A stretch of DNA of 64,000 nt, taken from assembly GCA_963977015.1 (NCBI GenBank), contig CAXBMO010000020.1, positions 49,944-113,943 on the forward strand. Reading direction: 5' to 3'. The notes under the pieces are model-generated. The model was not told the origin of the DNA. It did not search any database and was given only the letters and a program-made list of their open reading frames with translations. Origin of the DNA: an uncultured bacterium. Its GTDB lineage: Bacteria; Verrucomicrobiota; Verrucomicrobiia; Verrucomicrobiales; DEV007. The translations under genes were made by a program, and so were the position numbers. Shown here piece by piece: positions 28,140 through 38,440 of the stretch; position 1 is the stretch's first letter; each line of letters begins with the position of its first letter.

Positions 28140-29579
28140 ATGAGCAGGAGATTGAATGCGACTTTGTTGGTTAGCCTGATTTGCTTCGGGTTTGGAACCG
28201 CTAACATGGCGGGAGCTGGTGACTATGATGTGGAAGGATTTCCATCCGGTGACCAATGGACCCGGGCAGACTGTGTCAAGGCTGTGGAGATGATGGGAGG
28301 GGGAAAGGTGCCCGTTCCAAAAATGAACATGGACGGCATGACCGTTTTTCGAAACTTGACGGCGCCCCATCTTCTGCGTGGTGGTGAGATCGACGGAATC
28401 GAAGCGCTTCTCGCGGCGAGGGCGGAATACCAGAACTATGGAGATGAGTTAGCCGGTTTTACCGGATTTTGTGATGCGCAGGTGGCACAGGGGAACAACT
28501 GGAAGGAGGAGTTTGGATATTTGTTAGAGCAGTTGCTGGACGTGAATAGCAGGGTGGAACAATTGACCCAACAAGCGTTGCAGGATGAGAGTCTTGAGGA
28601 AGAAACCAAGGCGGAGTTTGAGGAATGGATGTCGGAGTTCCGGCAGTCGATTGTCGCGGCAGGGGAACGCGTTTTGGCGGATGAGGTTTTCGAGGGGAGG
28701 CTGCTGATTCAAGTGCTCGCGGCGCTCAGCGATGCCATTCGGATCACATCGAATTCTGCTGCTCCTTTGACAGAATCCGATCAAGAGACCCTGTTGGAAC
28801 TTCTCGACGAATTTGAACCCGAGGGCGACCGGGTCCGGACGCAGGAGATTCTGGTGCAGCGAATGAGGATGCTGTTAGAGGAACAGGACGATCCACAGTT
28901 TCCGGACCTGACGAAACCGGGCGCCGAAACCTATCAGAATGCGGTGGGCGCGTTGGTCGATGGCGCAACACTCCCAGGACTGAGCAACGCCGAGGAACGT
29001 GAGCAATTGAGCTTTTTGACCAATCGCCAGTATTTGAAGGTCTTTGAGATGCCCAGGGGAAAACCGTTGACGTGGGAGTTCTGGAGCAAGGCGAACGATT
29101 TCAAGCAGGCGATGGCTGATCTCTATGAAGTTTACCTCTTGGCGGCGGAACGAGATGCCAGATTATTGGGTGAAGAAAAACACCAGGAATTTTTGAGAGT
29201 CGCCGCTTTCCGAACTGCGTTGACGGGCCGGTTCTATGCGTTCAACTGGGAGGCTGGAAACACGATTGCAGAACAACAACCGCTCGAACGCCAGAAGGTG
29301 ATGGTCGCCGCGCTTCGGCAAGAGGTGATGGCCCTGGTCGACGTCGCAAGACAGGTCTTCGCAAGGAAGCGTTTCGGCACCGAAGGGATCGCCCCGCTCC
29401 TGCAGGAGATGCACGACGCGCTCAAGGTTTTCATGGATAGCGGAGGAGTGTTTTCGCCAGCGGACGCCTACGCGATTGGCTCATTGGCGACGGAAGAAGT
29501 GGAGCAGTTTGGCAGGGATGAACAGGTCTGGTTAAAGAAGATCGAGTCGTTGATCGACGCCTATATGGAGGACCTTTAG
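28140..29579 (+). CDS. Hypothetical secreted alpha-helical protein
   Basis: 479-aa ORF with signal peptide; Glu-rich; no motif recognised. Confidence 0.7.
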   Translation: MSRRLNATLLVSLICFGFGTANMAGAGDYDVEGFPSGDQWTRADCVKAVEMMGGGKVPVPKMNMDGMTVFRNLTAPHLLRGGEIDGIEALLAARAEYQNYGDELAGFTGFCDAQVAQGNNWKEEFGYLLEQLLDVNSRVEQLTQQALQDESLEEETKAEFEEWMSEFRQSIVAAGERVLADEVFEGRLLIQVLAALSDAIRITSNSAAPLTESDQETLLELLDEFEPEGDRVRTQEILVQRMRMLLEEQDDPQFPDLTKPGAETYQNAVGALVDGATLPGLSNAEEREQLSFLTNRQYLKVFEMPRGKPLTWEFWSKANDFKQAMADLYEVYLLAAERDARLLGEEKHQEFLRVAAFRTALTGRFYAFNWEAGNTIAEQQPLERQKVMVAALRQEVMALVDVARQVFARKRFGTEGIAPLLQEMHDALKVFMDSGGVFSPADAYAIGSLATEEVEQFGRDEQVWLKKIESLIDAYMEDL

Positions 29580-29614
29580 TTGCGGATAGACTCTCTATGG
29601 AGGTGGAAAGTGCT

Positions 29615-30460
29615 CTAACGGGACCTTGTCGCAACCAAGCCTGCGGATTTGAAAACGTCCGACGGCAGAATGGTCAGGTCGGCGATGTAGGTCTGATTCC
29701 CAAACGCGGCACCACCGTCTTCACTGTCGACCGCCAGAATAATCCCACCAAGCTCCCACTGCTTGGTGTGGCGATTGTAGACGAAAGCCGCTCCGCCGGA
29801 ATCACCCGGCGTCGCCTGGCACTGGAAACTTCCCGGACGAAATTCCGTCGAATATCCAGGCGTCTGGTAGCGAAACGTTTTCATCATGGAACCAAATTGG
29901 TTCGCAACCCGGTTCACTCCCCAACGGATCCGGTAGTCATCGTTCCAATGAAACTTTGCCCCGGCAGACGATCTGCGATTCGTCCCGGAATTCCCGCTTC
30001 CAGCTCCCATCATCACAACGTAGGAACCGTGGTTTGGACAAACCGGCCCCAGCGGGATGTCTTTGAGTTTCGCCAGGGAATCGTTGGAGGCAAACCGGAT
30101 TCGAAAGACACAGAGATCGGAGAACGATCCATCCGGGTTTTGAAACCGTTGCTCGGAACCGGGGATCGGCTGGTAGGTTGAACCATCCGCGAGTTGGAAT
30201 TCGCCCGGGCCAACATGGGCTGCGGTCAGGACATAACCTCGACCAATGTAGACACCAGTCGATTCATTGAGGATGCCAACGTTTTCGAAGAACGGAAACG
30301 CGGTTGGAGTCTTCATCAGTGAGCGAAGCGCCCTTTGCAGGGCCCGCTCGGATGTATGTTCCGGATTTCCGGTTGAGGTGACCAGTGAAAAGCCAGTGGT
30401 CTGTCCAACGGCAAAAATTGCGGCAATGACAGCAGCAATTCGGAAGGGCTTACGAATCAT
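29615..30460 (-). CDS. Secreted trypsin-like serine protease
   Basis: Signal peptide; VLTAAHV, SDL and GDSGG triad motifs. Confidence 0.88.
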   Translation of the reverse strand: MIRKPFRIAAVIAAIFAVGQTTGFSLVTSTGNPEHTSERALQRALRSLMKTPTAFPFFENVGILNESTGVYIGRGYVLTAAHVGPGEFQLADGSTYQPIPGSEQRFQNPDGSFSDLCVFRIRFASNDSLAKLKDIPLGPVCPNHGSYVVMMGAGSGNSGTNRRSSAGAKFHWNDDYRIRWGVNRVANQFGSMMKTFRYQTPGYSTEFRPGSFQCQATPGDSGGAAFVYNRHTKQWELGGIILAVDSEDGGAAFGNQTYIADLTILPSDVFKSAGLVATRSR

Positions 30461-30880
30461 GTCTCATCGTTTCTCAAGTTGCAATCGGGGCACAACCCAG
30501 CTCATACGTTAGCCTCAGGGACACAGGGGTCCCGGAAAACGAATGCGGTCGGGAACCCTCATCGAAATCCAAGGGTTCACAGGGGACGCAGCCTAGGAAG
30601 CTGCGTCATGAGCCGGGGGGGGCTACCTCGTTAGCCAGCCAGGGACGAGGGATTGCAATTCAAAAAGACGCGTGAGATCGAAACGGTGAGGAGTGCTTTC
30701 ATGGTGGTTTCTAAATGTGAGGAGGGTAGTTGAAAGGACGGTTCTAAAATCCCTACAACCACGGGTAGAATACCTTCGGGAAGGAGGATGGTCAATGGAC
30801 TTTTATAATTTCCATAATTTAGCGTTCAAGCTTTTCGCGTTGCTGCTGAGAGGTTTCCGCCACAGAGTCGCCGCGCACGC

Positions 30881-31834
30881 ATGACGGAAACAGTCCACAA
30901 TCTGGGATCGCTTTTCTTCGGAATCATTTTGCCGATCATTGCAACGACCCTGTTCGGGTTCGTTCTCGACCGCCGGTTCCACGTGGATTTGGCGACCCTG
31001 GTGCGCCTCAATCTCTACGTCTTTGTGCCCGCCTTCATCTTCGTGCGGCTGATTGAGTCCACCGTCCCCACGGCGCTCGGATTCCGCGCCGTCGGCTTCA
31101 CCCTCACGATGATCGGGATCATGGCGCTGCTGAGTTGGCTCGTCGCGGCGATCACCAGAATCGATCCCCCGGCCCGAAAAGCACTTCAGCTCTCCACCAT
31201 GTTTTACAACAGCGGAAACTACGGGATTCCGCTGATGACGCTGGCGTTTGCCCCCCTTGGTCCCGTTTTGCAGGCCTTCGTCCTCATGACGATGAACATC
31301 TCCACCTTTACGATCGGCCTTTGGCTTGCCGCCTCCCAGAATCACGATCGAACTCAGGGCTGGTGGCGCCCGCTGCTTCCCGTTCTGCGCCAGCCCTCAA
31401 TCTATGCGATTGCTCTCGCTCTCACGATCAAGGCCATGGGATTGGAGGATGAAATCAGCTCGATTGCACCGATTTGGAAACCGCTCGGCTATCTGGGTGA
31501 TGGTTTGGTCGGATTCGCGCTCCTCACGCTTGGGGTCCAACTCAACCAAACCAAACCGCCTCCCATCCGCGGGAATCTGGCGCTGGCCCTGGCCATTCGC
31601 CTCCTCGCCGCCCCATTGATTGCGGCTGGCCTCGTCCAGGTTTTCCGCTTCGAATGGGAGGTCGCCCGAATCCTCATTTTGAGCACCTCCGTCCCGACAG
31701 CGGTCAACACTGCCTTGCTCGCTCACGAATACAAAGCCGACGGCCGCTTCGCCTCCGCCGTCGTATTCTACTCCACCATCTTCAGCGCGATTACGGTGAC
31801 GATTGTGCTTTTCATCTTGAAAAGCGTCCAGTGA
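30881..31834 (+). CDS. AEC (auxin efflux carrier-like) family transporter
   Basis: NLYVFVPAFIF, NSGNYGIP, PTAVNT; about 10 TM segments. Confidence 0.88.
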   Translation: MTETVHNLGSLFFGIILPIIATTLFGFVLDRRFHVDLATLVRLNLYVFVPAFIFVRLIESTVPTALGFRAVGFTLTMIGIMALLSWLVAAITRIDPPARKALQLSTMFYNSGNYGIPLMTLAFAPLGPVLQAFVLMTMNISTFTIGLWLAASQNHDRTQGWWRPLLPVLRQPSIYAIALALTIKAMGLEDEISSIAPIWKPLGYLGDGLVGFALLTLGVQLNQTKPPPIRGNLALALAIRLLAAPLIAAGLVQVFRFEWEVARILILSTSVPTAVNTALLAHEYKADGRFASAVVFYSTIFSAITVTIVLFILKSVQ

Positions 31835-31858
31835 GACCGCCTGATTTGGAAAGCCCCC

Positions 31859-32443
31859 TTGGAGATGCCCGTTTTTCTCGAAAACACCGACCTTGAAACC
31901 CACCTAAAGGCCCTGAAAACGACCATTGTGTTCGTTTCGGCCTGGACGGCGCTGTTTCTCTACGGGTGGACGGTGGTCCGCTTGGCGGTCGAGGCGCTCC
32001 CTTCGCCCCGCCCCCGCTTGCTCTGGACCATCGGCTGCATGGTCTATGCGGTGCATGTGGTCAGCGCGTTTGATGTCTTTTTCCACTGGAGCCACGCGGC
32101 GGCACATCGCGAAACAGAGCTGCGTTCGATGGCGGTGACCGGCGTTCGGGCCGGTTGGGGAATCTGGTTGAACTATCTGTTTGGGGCGGTTTGGATCGCC
32201 GATACGATTTGGTGGTACGCAGTCGGCGATGAGCGGTATCGGAAGCGAGGGGCGAAGAGTTTCTGGCTACTTCACGGCTTCATCCTGTTCATGATGTTCA
32301 ACGGCGCCTTCGTCTTTGTGGATCGCTGGGCGCGTTGGCCGGGTTTGATCCTGTTTCTTGTCAGCCTCTGGGCAGTCATCACGCTATCCCGACGTCGGTT
32401 CGAGCAATTCCGTGACAAACCGGCGATGGCGCCCACCCCATGA
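31859..32443 (+). CDS. Hypothetical membrane protein
   Basis: About 5 TM segments; stop overlaps the next gene's ATG; start uncertain. Confidence 0.7.
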   Translation: MEMPVFLENTDLETHLKALKTTIVFVSAWTALFLYGWTVVRLAVEALPSPRPRLLWTIGCMVYAVHVVSAFDVFFHWSHAAAHRETELRSMAVTGVRAGWGIWLNYLFGAVWIADTIWWYAVGDERYRKRGAKSFWLLHGFILFMMFNGAFVFVDRWARWPGLILFLVSLWAVITLSRRRFEQFRDKPAMAPTP

Positions 32444-33732
32444 ACCCGCAGAATCCCAAAGTTGTTTTTGTCACCGCCGGTGGCGCCGGAATGTACTGCG
32501 GCAGTTGCATGCGCGACAACACCCAGGTCCGTAATCTCATCCAAAAGGGCTGGGACATTGAGCTGGTTCCGGCCTACACGCCGGTCACGACGGACGAAGA
32601 AGACGTCAGCATCGACCGCGTGGTGCTTGGCGGCATCAACATGTTTCTCGACCAGGCAGTCCCGCTGTTTCAATACCTGCCCGGTTGGGTGACGAATTGG
32701 CTCGATCGTCCGGGAATCATTCGCCGGGCGACGAGTGGCACGGTCAAGGTCGATGCCGCGAAACTCGGTCCCATGACGTTGGCGACCGTCAAAGGCGAAG
32801 CTGGTGCCCAACGCCGCGAACACCGCAAATTCGTGCGTTGGCTGAAAGAAGAGTCGCAGCCCAACCTCATCAACCTGACCAACCTACTGATCGGCGGTTG
32901 CATCCCGATGATCAGGAAAGAGCTTCCGAACGTGCCCATTTTGGTCACGATTCAGGGCGACGATCTCTTTCTCGATCAACTCACCGAACCCTGGCGCTCC
33001 CGGGTCATCGAGCAGATGCGCTCGCTCGCCCAAGACGTGGATGGCTTTGTCACCTTCAGCCGCTTCTATGCCGATGTGATGAGCCGGATGTTGGAGATTG
33101 AGCCGGACAAATTTCACATCGTTCCGCTCGGCATCGAAGCGGCCGATTTTCATCAGTTGGAGCGACTCCCCGGTCGCCCCGCCACCATCGGTTTTTTTGC
33201 CCGAATCAGCCCCGAGAAAGGCTTTCATCATTTCGTCGATGGATTTCTGGAATTGGCCAAACGCCCCGGGATGGAGGACGTCCACATTCGTGCGGGAGGA
33301 TGGCTTGCCGGTCAGGATGAGGAGTTCTATGCCGAACAGCTTGAGAAATTGAAAGCCGCAGGGCTCGACTCCCGCTTTACCTACGTTGGGAGCCCTGATC
33401 GGGCGGGGAAGCTTCGCTTTTTTCAGGAGATCGATCTCTTTTCCGTTCCGACCGAATATCTCGAGCCCAAGGGCCTCTACGTGCTCGAAGCGCTCGCCTC
33501 CGGACTTCCGGTTGTGCAACCCCATCACGGCTCGTTCCCTGAACTGCTGGAGGGCGTCACCGCCGCGCGGCTGGTTGAACCGAAGAATCCCATCCCTCTC
33601 GCTGACGCCTGGCTGGAGGTTCTCGAGACCCATTCGCTGGTTCCCGACCGCCACAGCGTCGCCGCGACGCATTCGGCGGAACAAATGGCGGATGCAGCGG
33701 CCGAGATTTATCGGCAGTATCTCAACGCCTAG
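32440..33732 (+). CDS. Glycosyltransferase family 4 protein
   Basis: ARISPEKG and EPKGLYVLEALASGLPVV (ExxxxxxxE); N-terminal GMYCGSC. Confidence 0.88.
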   Translation: MNPQNPKVVFVTAGGAGMYCGSCMRDNTQVRNLIQKGWDIELVPAYTPVTTDEEDVSIDRVVLGGINMFLDQAVPLFQYLPGWVTNWLDRPGIIRRATSGTVKVDAAKLGPMTLATVKGEAGAQRREHRKFVRWLKEESQPNLINLTNLLIGGCIPMIRKELPNVPILVTIQGDDLFLDQLTEPWRSRVIEQMRSLAQDVDGFVTFSRFYADVMSRMLEIEPDKFHIVPLGIEAADFHQLERLPGRPATIGFFARISPEKGFHHFVDGFLELAKRPGMEDVHIRAGGWLAGQDEEFYAEQLEKLKAAGLDSRFTYVGSPDRAGKLRFFQEIDLFSVPTEYLEPKGLYVLEALASGLPVVQPHHGSFPELLEGVTAARLVEPKNPIPLADAWLEVLETHSLVPDRHSVAATHSAEQMADAAAEIYRQYLNA

Positions 33733-33825
33733 CCTGACCGATCCAGCGGAACGAACTTTCGCCTTGCGTTGGGTCCGCCTCCTTGCCTGATTGGACCTTT
33801 CCAATCCAAACCCCTTTCCCAATTT

Positions 33826-34281
33826 ATGAGCGCCGACGCAAAACTCACTGAACTGAATCTGATCCTGCCCGATGCCCCTCCACCCGGCGGCGTTTACAAG
33901 CCCCTCGTGATTGCCGGAAACATGGCTTACCTCTCTGGTCATGGCCCCTACAACAACGGCTCCTACACGACGGGCCGTCTGGGGGATGACCTCGATGTCG
34001 AAGCTGGCTATGCCGCAGCTCGCCAGACCGGTCTTACCTTGCTGCGAACCATGAAAGACACGCTCGGGAGTCTGGATCGCGTCAAGCGCGTCATCAAATT
34101 GCTCGGGCTGGTTCAGTGCACTTCGGAGTTCAACCAGCAACCGCAGGTCATCAACGGGTGCAGCGAACTCTTCAAGGAAGTTTTTGGTGAGGCTGGAATT
34201 GGCGCCCGCAGCGCGATCGGAACCAACGCGTTGCCGGGGAATCTTGCCGTCGAGATCGAAGCGATTGTCGAAATCGAATGA
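33826..34281 (+). CDS. RidA/YjgF (Rid) family protein
   Basis: YLSGHGP, VINGCSEL, GARSAIG, VEIEAIVE. Confidence 0.9.
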   Translation: MSADAKLTELNLILPDAPPPGGVYKPLVIAGNMAYLSGHGPYNNGSYTTGRLGDDLDVEAGYAAARQTGLTLLRTMKDTLGSLDRVKRVIKLLGLVQCTSEFNQQPQVINGCSELFKEVFGEAGIGARSAIGTNALPGNLAVEIEAIVEIE

Positions 34282-35366
34282 GCGATCCTTCCTGGTTCGA
34301 AGTCGACAACGTCGACGAAATCCCCTCCCCTGCTCTCCTCGTTTATCCCGACCGGGTTCAGGCGAACATCGCCCGGATGCTGGAGATCGTTGATGGCGAC
34401 ACGGCGCGTCTTCGCCCTCACGTGAAGACCCATAAAATGGCCGAGGTAGTCCGGATGCAGATCGACGCCGGGATCGTGAAATTCAAGTGTGCGACCATCG
34501 CCGAAGCCGAACTGACTGCGGGAGCCGGAGCGAAAGACGTTTTGCTGTCCTACCAGCCGGTTGGGCCCAACGTCAGGCGTTTTGCGGACCTCAACGCCAA
34601 ATTCCCCAACACCAGCTTTGCCGCGATGGTCGACGCCCCGGATATTGTCGACCAATTGGCGAAGTTCGAGGGCAACTTTCGTCTCTTTGTCGATGTCGAT
34701 TGTGGGATGGGACGAACCGGTATTTCACCGGCCGACGCTCCTGAGTTGTGCCGCCATATCCAGGACACGGAAGGAGTTACCTTTGCCGGGATTCATGCCT
34801 ACGATGGCCACATACACGACGCGTCTCTCCAGATTCGGGAACAGGAATTTGGTTCAGCGATGGAGTCGATTCGTGAGTTGATCGATGAAGTGAAACCTCC
34901 AACCCTGATTTGTGGTGGTTCGCCCACGTTTGCGCTTCATGCCGGCGGAACCTGGGAATGCAGCCCGGGAACAACCCTCTTTTGGGATGCCGGCTACCAA
35001 TCGGCTTACCCGGATTTGGATTTTGAGGTCGCAGCCGTGTTGCTGACGCGCGTCGCAAGCAAGCCGGGAACCAATCGCCTTTGCCTTGAGCTCGGCCACA
35101 AGGCGATCGCGGCGGAAAACCCGCTGGATCGACGAGTGCGCTTTCTGAATCTGGAAAACGCGGTCCCGATCATGCAAAGCGAGGAGCATTTGGTGGTCGA
35201 GGTTCCCCATCCCGAGGCTTTTTCCCTCGGCGACGTCATTTACGCCGTTCCCATCCACATCTGCCCCACCGTGGCTCTCCACGAGGAAGCCGCGATGATT
35301 CGTGATGGGTCATTCACCGGTGAAACCTGGCAAGTGCTTGCCCGGAGAAGAAAACTGACGGTTTAG
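34278..35366 (+). CDS. D-threonine aldolase / D-serine dehydratase-like fold-III PLP enzyme
   Basis: LRPHVKTHK, RTG, YDGH, SEEH, HICPTV. Confidence 0.88.
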   Translation: MSDPSWFEVDNVDEIPSPALLVYPDRVQANIARMLEIVDGDTARLRPHVKTHKMAEVVRMQIDAGIVKFKCATIAEAELTAGAGAKDVLLSYQPVGPNVRRFADLNAKFPNTSFAAMVDAPDIVDQLAKFEGNFRLFVDVDCGMGRTGISPADAPELCRHIQDTEGVTFAGIHAYDGHIHDASLQIREQEFGSAMESIRELIDEVKPPTLICGGSPTFALHAGGTWECSPGTTLFWDAGYQSAYPDLDFEVAAVLLTRVASKPGTNRLCLELGHKAIAAENPLDRRVRFLNLENAVPIMQSEEHLVVEVPHPEAFSLGDVIYAVPIHICPTVALHEEAAMIRDGSFTGETWQVLARRRKLTV

Positions 35367-35471
35367 GATCTCGAAAAGCACCTTCGGACGACCCTTTTCA
35401 CCAGTCCCGCAGGCAATGGTGGGCTCGTGACCCGGCCTTTTTGATGCTTTCCGAGTGTTTTTGGTTGATTG

Positions 35472-35493
35472 ATTGTTAAGCTTCTTTAACAAT
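35472..35493. promoter_or_regulatory. AT-rich inverted repeat, candidate transcription-factor site
   Basis: ATTGTTAA-N6-TTAACAAT, a perfect 8-bp dyad 13 nt upstream of the ATG at 35507. Confidence 0.45.
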
Positions 35494-35506
35494 AATCCCG
35501 AAAACT

Positions 35507-36826
35507 ATGAAAACTCGATCTCTGCCGATCCATTGCTTCAAAGTCTCCCTCCTTCTTTGTGCGCTGAATTGCCCGACGGTTTCCCCGGCCAGTGACAAAG
35601 GCGTGGCCGTTTCGGAGGACTTTTATTCGGACCAGGTCCATTCGTTAGGGCCCATCGCGTTCAATACCGAGTATTCCAAGAAAATCGTCAACTGGCAGCA
35701 ATACGTCACAGAGAAGCCCTACCACATTCTTCAACAGACCAAACTCGGCGGGGTAAAGTCCAATGCATTGACGGTCTCCGGAGCGGTTTGGGGAACGTGG
35801 ATGCATGAGCAAACCAACGTTGCAGGCAAATTTCCGATTCTCTCACGATTTCCCGACCAACACGGCAGCGTCGACACCGAGGCAGATCGGTGGATTCTCA
35901 ACAACGCCGCCCTCGCGCTCACCGGCCGGGTTGGCGATTGGGTTACGCTCTTTGCGCAGGGAGAGTTTTCCGACATCGAATTCATTGGCCAGGACCAATA
36001 CCAGGTCCGCAAAGCGCTCGTCATGATCGGGAACCTGGAGAAATTTCCGCTCTACACCTACTTTGGTCGCAATACCGTCGATTTCGGCTTTTTCGATGCC
36101 TACAATCCCTTTACCCATTCCGTCAACAATCACAGCTTTCGGGTTGATTCCGACGACCCGATTCTCGCCATCGGTTATGCGCCGCAATTCATCGAAGGGC
36201 TGAATTTCGTGGCCACGGCAATTCCCGGCGGGCGCCATCTCCGGGTCGCCGATTCCGATGGCAGCGGCCAGTTCGACAACTACGCGGCGAATCTGACCTA
36301 CCGGGCGATTGTCAATGACGACACCGCGATTCGGGTCGGTGCGGGCTGGCTCAATTCGACGATCTACAACACCGAGTTTCCTCATCACCCCGGTCCATCT
36401 CACGGATTTTCCCTCGGCAATGCCACGACTGACATCAAGAATGGTGCCTGGGACGTCAACGCAGAGCTTCGCTGGCGGAAATTCTCCATCGCAGGAGAAT
36501 TCACCACGACCCAGGAAAGTTGGCCTTCCACCGGCGAACGCGTTACCGCATTAACCGGGCAGTTTGCCTACGATTTTGACCTGTTTGGTAAGCCAACGCG
36601 CTTTTCCTACGTTTATGGCGTCAACTATCTCGGCCCGGACGATACCGAGTACGAACAGTTGAAGCAGATCGCGGTGGGACTGGAAACCGAGATCTGTCCG
36701 AACTTTCAACTCGGGATCGAGTATGTCCGCAACAGCGCATTCGTGCCGTTGATCGCCATCACGCAGGCGAGCGATGCAAGCGTCCGGACCGACACCGTGA
36801 TTGCCGGTGGCAAGCTGACGTTCTAA
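35507..36826 (+). CDS. Outer-membrane beta-barrel (porin-like) protein
   Basis: Signal peptide, amphipathic beta-strands, C-terminal Phe (GGKLTF). An LbtU-like family assignment is only a guess. Confidence 0.7.
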   Translation: MKTRSLPIHCFKVSLLLCALNCPTVSPASDKGVAVSEDFYSDQVHSLGPIAFNTEYSKKIVNWQQYVTEKPYHILQQTKLGGVKSNALTVSGAVWGTWMHEQTNVAGKFPILSRFPDQHGSVDTEADRWILNNAALALTGRVGDWVTLFAQGEFSDIEFIGQDQYQVRKALVMIGNLEKFPLYTYFGRNTVDFGFFDAYNPFTHSVNNHSFRVDSDDPILAIGYAPQFIEGLNFVATAIPGGRHLRVADSDGSGQFDNYAANLTYRAIVNDDTAIRVGAGWLNSTIYNTEFPHHPGPSHGFSLGNATTDIKNGAWDVNAELRWRKFSIAGEFTTTQESWPSTGERVTALTGQFAYDFDLFGKPTRFSYVYGVNYLGPDDTEYEQLKQIAVGLETEICPNFQLGIEYVRNSAFVPLIAITQASDASVRTDTVIAGGKLTF

Positions 36827-36844
36827 CTAAAGCGGGCAGTCGCC

Positions 36845-38287
<1,443 letters not shown>

Positions 38288-38440
38288 GTTTGTGCGCTAA
38301 CCTAGCGTGGAATCCGAGTTCGCAAGCTGGATTTGTCGGATACCTTGCAACCAGAGTCTCCCGGCCTTGGAAGGCTTCGAGTGGTCGCAGCACCTTCCAG
38401 CAGGCTCGGCATCAACAACCGTTACTAATTTGTCAGTGCA

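Noticed and set aside
30975-30990. Second parS-like site GGTTCCACGTGGATTT in the AEC transporter gene
   Set aside because: Only a 12/16 match with a broken right arm; compatible with chance.
38368-38399. Hairpin TGGAAGG...CCTTCCA between the DUF4838 gene and gndA
   Set aside because: Single short stem with no U-tract or recognisable RNA family; not enough support for a call.
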